Origin: Patescibacteria group bacterium
GTDB lineage: Bacteria > Patescibacteriota > Patescibacteriia > UBA2591 > UBA4787
Reading direction: 5' to 3'
NCBI GenBank assembly: GCA_049971355.1
Contig: JBMFLE010000002.1
Span: 1 to 36,074 of the forward strand
Length of the DNA stretch: 36,074 nt
The notes under the pieces are model-generated. The model ran no database searches. It was not told the origin of the DNA and was given only the letters and a program-made list of their open reading frames with translations. The stretch's first letter is position 1. Each line of letters opens with the position of its first letter. The position numbers and the translations under genes were made by a program. This document shows, piece after piece, positions 33,640 through 36,074 of this stretch.

Positions 33640-33934
33640 GTGTAAAGAATTTTGAGAAAAAACATTTCAATACTTTTAACGTTTATCGTTTTTTCGGAAT
33701 TCTCTTTGAGCGACAATTTTGCTCATTTAGATTTGTGGCAGAGCTATTTAAAAATTTAATAAGGGATATTTTTTAAAGAAACCTTCCAAACTATTCGTGA
33801 GCAGTATATTGAGCTGAAAAATATTATTCAGTTCATTATACTGCTCACGAAGTGAGCGGCCTCTCTTCTCTCGCCATAATCTCGAAAGGGAGTGGTTTAA
33901 GTAGAGAAGAGTAGTAAGGCCAAGGAGGTTTACC
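33640..33934 (+). promoter_or_regulatory. ~295-nt structured untranslated RNA (leader or independent ncRNA)
   Basis: No credible ORF. There is a 58-nt hairpin at 33794-33851 (a 15-bp and a 9-bp helix separated by a T/T mismatch; 8-nt loop). In a second domain, GGCC-T-CTCTTCTCT (33858-71) pairs with AGAGAAGAG...GGCC (33903-21), ending next to SD AAGGAGG (33922-28). Confidence 0.55.
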
Positions 33935-35320
33935 ATGGCCGAATTAAAAACTTTAAAAGATTATACGGAAAAAATTGTTCAGCTCGAGTCACAGTACAAA
34001 AAAGTTGAGGAACAGTTGAGAAAATTCGAAAACTTCGATGTGGTTGAAAATTTGGGAAATATTCTAATTGAAAAACGATTCCCCGCTAGCCTTCAAGAAG
34101 AAATTGTTCAATGGCAGCAAAAATATAAAGATAGTCGGAGAGAAAGTCGACTTGCGTTGCTTGAAAAGTGTCTGCAGGCTATGAAAAAACTGCCCGATGA
34201 TGAGAAAATTATTATCGGGTCTCGCCTTAAAAATCTTTCTATTTACAACGGATGTGGTGGTTTCGGGAGTTTCAAGCGTCCTACTACTTGTGGTGGTTGT
34301 CACGAGGGTGAAAGAGTTATAACGTTTCTAGAACTAGAAAAATGGCTGACATTCTGCGGTGATCGGCAATATGAAATTTCATCGGAAGATTTTAAAAAAG
34401 CTCAGGTAGAAGTTCTAAAAAAGATCCAAAAAAAATACCCTGCACTTTTAGAACAGAATGAGCAGAAAGAAGATTTGCAGAAACAACTTGAAAAGATCGA
34501 AAATCAGATTCGATGTTTGAAAGAGCAGAAAAAGATAATGGAGCAGTTGAATTTGCTCGATCTAACTCCTGTTCTTTCGATTCTTCCAGAATTTTGGGCA
34601 GTGGTTCAGGAAATTGATAATGAAATTGTAAAAATAGCTTATGATCTCGAGCATAGGGTAGTTGTTTTTCTTGTTTCCAGATGGTTCTATTATGGTTCCG
34701 GCGGTTCTGAATATGGTCACGATGTTATAGTGTTCAGGGATGGTCAAAGAGCAAAGACGTATTACAAATGGCGGGATGCTTATGATCAACATGCTGACAG
34801 ACCAGCTTATAATTTCAACGATGTGCGCATATCTAAAATTACCAAAGATCGGGTTGAAGTAGTGTTGATTAATTCCCATTATAATTTCTCTCTCAAGCAT
34901 ACATTCTCAGTAGCCGAGAGAGAAGATAATTCGACATCAATTTCTCTTGAAGAAAAGGAAGAGTTTAAGAGACATGTGGAAGCTGAAATTCAGAAGATTC
35001 TCAAAGCCGAAACTCGTAACGCCACTATGCCAAGTTATATTTTGGCTGGTTATCCTCTGAATATTCCCACTTACACGAATTCCGACATTCCTTATGTTCA
35101 GGCTCAGGTAATTGATAAGGCCATCGATTACAGAAAGAAAGTAGCAGTAGTGGTGGTTAAAAGTCAAATTGATTATTGTGCTGGAGAAGGTAGACAGTGG
35201 GGGTGGTATGTTTACAAAATTACCCCCCAAAAAACAGAGAGGGTTGATTCTAAAAACGCGTATGATGTTGAATTGAAGAGAGGTAAAAAGATCGTGTTGA
35301 AAGCTCAAGACTACGCATAA
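33935..35320 (+). CDS. Orphan 461-aa protein (coiled-coil N-terminus, Cys knuckle, beta-rich C-half)
   Basis: A long ORF with a strong SD and its own terminator. It has a C107-x11-C119-x2-C122-H123 cluster. No family motif recognised. The antisense ORFs 34064.., 34562.. and 34937.. are judged spurious. Confidence 0.7.
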   Translation: MAELKTLKDYTEKIVQLESQYKKVEEQLRKFENFDVVENLGNILIEKRFPASLQEEIVQWQQKYKDSRRESRLALLEKCLQAMKKLPDDEKIIIGSRLKNLSIYNGCGGFGSFKRPTTCGGCHEGERVITFLELEKWLTFCGDRQYEISSEDFKKAQVEVLKKIQKKYPALLEQNEQKEDLQKQLEKIENQIRCLKEQKKIMEQLNLLDLTPVLSILPEFWAVVQEIDNEIVKIAYDLEHRVVVFLVSRWFYYGSGGSEYGHDVIVFRDGQRAKTYYKWRDAYDQHADRPAYNFNDVRISKITKDRVEVVLINSHYNFSLKHTFSVAEREDNSTSISLEEKEEFKRHVEAEIQKILKAETRNATMPSYILAGYPLNIPTYTNSDIPYVQAQVIDKAIDYRKKVAVVVVKSQIDYCAGEGRQWGWYVYKITPQKTERVDSKNAYDVELKRGKKIVLKAQDYA

Positions 35321-35344
35321 TACTAATACGCATAAAAATAACAA

Positions 35345-35374
35345 CCCCCAACCTAAGTTGGGGGCTTTCTTTTA
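35345..35374 (+). terminator. Rho-independent terminator of the orphan gene
   Basis: CCCCCAAC-CTAA-GTTGGGGG followed by CTTTCTTTT. Confidence 0.8.
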
Positions 35375-35390
35375 TTAGATTTTTATATTA

Positions 35391-35418
35391 TTGACAAATT
35401 TTTAAAAAATTATATTAT
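35391..35418 (+). promoter_or_regulatory. Candidate promoter of the small membrane protein gene
   Basis: TTGACA (35391-96), 16-nt spacer, TATTAT (35413-18). SD AAGGAGG lies ahead of ATG 35450. Confidence 0.5.
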
Positions 35419-35449
35419 AAAATTAGATTCTTGAAAAAGGAGGATAAAA

Positions 35450-35731
35450 ATGCAACAGCTGATAAATTTATTATCATTTTTCCTATTGCCGATTATTTTA
35501 GTTTATGGTTTTGCCATTATTTTTGGCAAAACCAAGGAAGTAAATAGGGCATTGGGAAAAATGTTTAAGGCTATTTTTCAGTTTATAGTTGATGTTATTT
35601 GTTCAATAGTAACATTTGTTTTTAGAAAATTGAAAGAACTTCACCGGTATTGCTATGAACGGTGGCCAGCGGTGACTGTTGTCGTAGAAGTTGTTATTTT
35701 AGTGGTGATTATAATTTTAATTTTGAGCTAA
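35450..35731 (+). CDS. Small hydrophobic membrane protein (93 aa, 3 predicted TM helices)
   Basis: Hydrophobic helices at LINLLSFFLLPIILVYGFAIIF, IFQFIVDVICSIVTFVF and VTVVVEVVILVVIIILIL. It has its own promoter, SD and terminator. Confidence 0.6.
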   Translation: MQQLINLLSFFLLPIILVYGFAIIFGKTKEVNRALGKMFKAIFQFIVDVICSIVTFVFRKLKELHRYCYERWPAVTVVVEVVILVVIIILILS

Positions 35732-35732
35732 A

Positions 35733-35753
35733 GGCGGCGTAGCCGCCTTTTTT
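35733..35753 (+). terminator. Rho-independent terminator
   Basis: GGCGGC-GTA-GCCGCC followed by TTTTTTATTT. Confidence 0.8.
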
Positions 35754-35764
35754 ATTTAATTTTA

Positions 35765-35797
35765 GGCCAACGGATGTCCAAAGGATATCCGTTGGCC
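35765..35797. other. 15-bp hairpin with no T-run
   Basis: GGCCAACGGATGTCC-AAA-GGATATCCGTTGGCC. The arms are complementary apart from one G:T (G:U in RNA) position. Confidence 0.6.
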
Positions 35798-35810
35798 TAC
35801 TAAATCCCAA

Positions 35811-35852
35811 ATTCTAACTTCTAAATTCTACTTTCTAAATTATAGATTCTAA
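35811..35852. repeat. Cluster of five TTCTA(A) hexamer repeats
   Basis: aTTCTAAc TTCTAAa TTCTAct TTCTAAattataga TTCTAAt, immediately upstream of the GC-rich element. Confidence 0.6.
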
Positions 35853-36047
35853 TGTGCCCAGGGTGGGACTCGCCTACAAGTAATCTGCCTGACGCCTGCC
35901 TACCGGCAGGCAGGGCAGATTCTCGCAGGCCGCCCCTCGCGGTGCTCGCCTTTCGCTTCGCTCAAACTCGCCCATCGCTGCGGGCTTCGAATCCTCCTCG
36001 CAAGCAAAGCAGTTTGCTTGCTCGAGGTCACTCTCGCTTTGCTCGAG
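35853..36047. other. GC-rich, hairpin-dense element (structured RNA or tRNA-derived element), identity unresolved
   Basis: I counted 79 G+C in the 120 nt 35881-36000, against a strongly AT-rich background. It contains nested inverted repeats: AATCTGCC/GGCAGATT enclosing GCCTGCC-GGTA-GGCAGGC (minus-strand reading), GCAAGCAAA-gcag-TTTGCTTGC, and two CTCGAG palindromes. Confidence 0.5.
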
Positions 36048-36074
36048 TGCCCTCGGGAGGATTCGAACCCCCAA
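36048..36074 (-). tRNA. Possible 3' portion of a tRNA running off the window edge
   Basis: The minus strand reads GGGGG-TTCGAAT-CCTCC (T-arm with a canonical T-loop), then CGAGGGC (acceptor 3' strand), then A. The 5' two-thirds would lie beyond the window. Caveat: an inverted near-copy of this motif lies at 35983-35998. Confidence 0.45.

Noticed and set aside
33640-33934. Retron (msr/msd) interpretation of the structured RNA
   Set aside because: The long hairpin and upstream position look retron-like. However, the downstream ORF has no reverse-transcriptase motifs (no Y-x-D-D block), and no RT gene is present in the window.
33748-35344. Minus-strand ORFs 33748..33936, 34064..34303, 34562..34900 and 34937..35344
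   Set aside because: They lie antisense to the structured RNA or the 461-aa ORF and have hydrophobic, low-complexity translations. They have no SD and run into the plus-strand terminator or promoter.
35851-35870. Group II intron 5' end (plus-strand GTGCCCAGGGTGGG resembles GUGYG...)
   Set aside because: The fifth base deviates from the GUGYG consensus. No domain V-like hairpin with an AGC triad or intron-encoded RT is visible in the window. This is too weak to call without the downstream sequence.
35874-36074. 66-aa minus-strand ORF in the GC-rich end segment
   Set aside because: The open frame is a likely by-product of high GC content, which gives few stop codons. The region is saturated with inverted repeats and tRNA-like motifs, so an RNA or element reading is preferred.

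Overview
AT-rich, gene-dense bacterial chromosome fragment using the standard code: TGA, TAG and TAA all terminate genes. Small genes, tight operons, a group-3b-type [NiFe] hydrogenase and a PrgI/VirB4/pilin cluster suggest a reduced CPR/Patescibacteria-like genome, but that is inference, not proof. Layout: (1) 1-9.1 kb is housekeeping: rtcB (5' truncated by the window edge), smpB, tmRNA, infC-rpmI-rplT, a DksA/TraR zinc-finger protein, comM/yifB, a LysM-M23 peptidase, pcrA and rsmA. (2) 9.1-21.0 kb is a single 11-gene plus-strand operon encoding a stripped-down type IV secretion/pilus-like machine: a VirB6/TrbL-like protein, a PrgI/VirB3-like protein, VirB4 split in two, and a VirB2-like pilin, plus seven secreted or membrane partners (six with no assignable function, one a TolB-like beta-propeller). 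No coupling protein or relaxase is present in the window. This is my main candidate for a poorly described system. (3) 21.0-25.5 kb holds jag-yidC-yidD-rnpA-rpmH (rpmH is missing from the ORF track), an ECF sigma factor, hup and rny. (4) 25.7-28.1 kb is an islet of five small orphan genes directly downstream of tRNA-His, with paralogs and a duplicated terminator/promoter cassette. (5) 28.3-33.3 kb holds a Cys-rich secreted peptide, hypC, an orphan, and a hydBGDA-type [NiFe] hydrogenase operon whose beta subunit is interrupted by two in-frame TAA codons. (6) 33.6-35.8 kb has a perfect consensus promoter, a ~295-nt highly structured untranslated RNA, an orphan 461-aa protein and a small membrane protein. 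This is my second candidate system. (7) 35.85-36.07 kb is a GC-rich, hairpin-dense element with tRNA-like T-arm motifs running off the window edge. No CRISPR array, transposase, integrase or reverse transcriptase was recognised.
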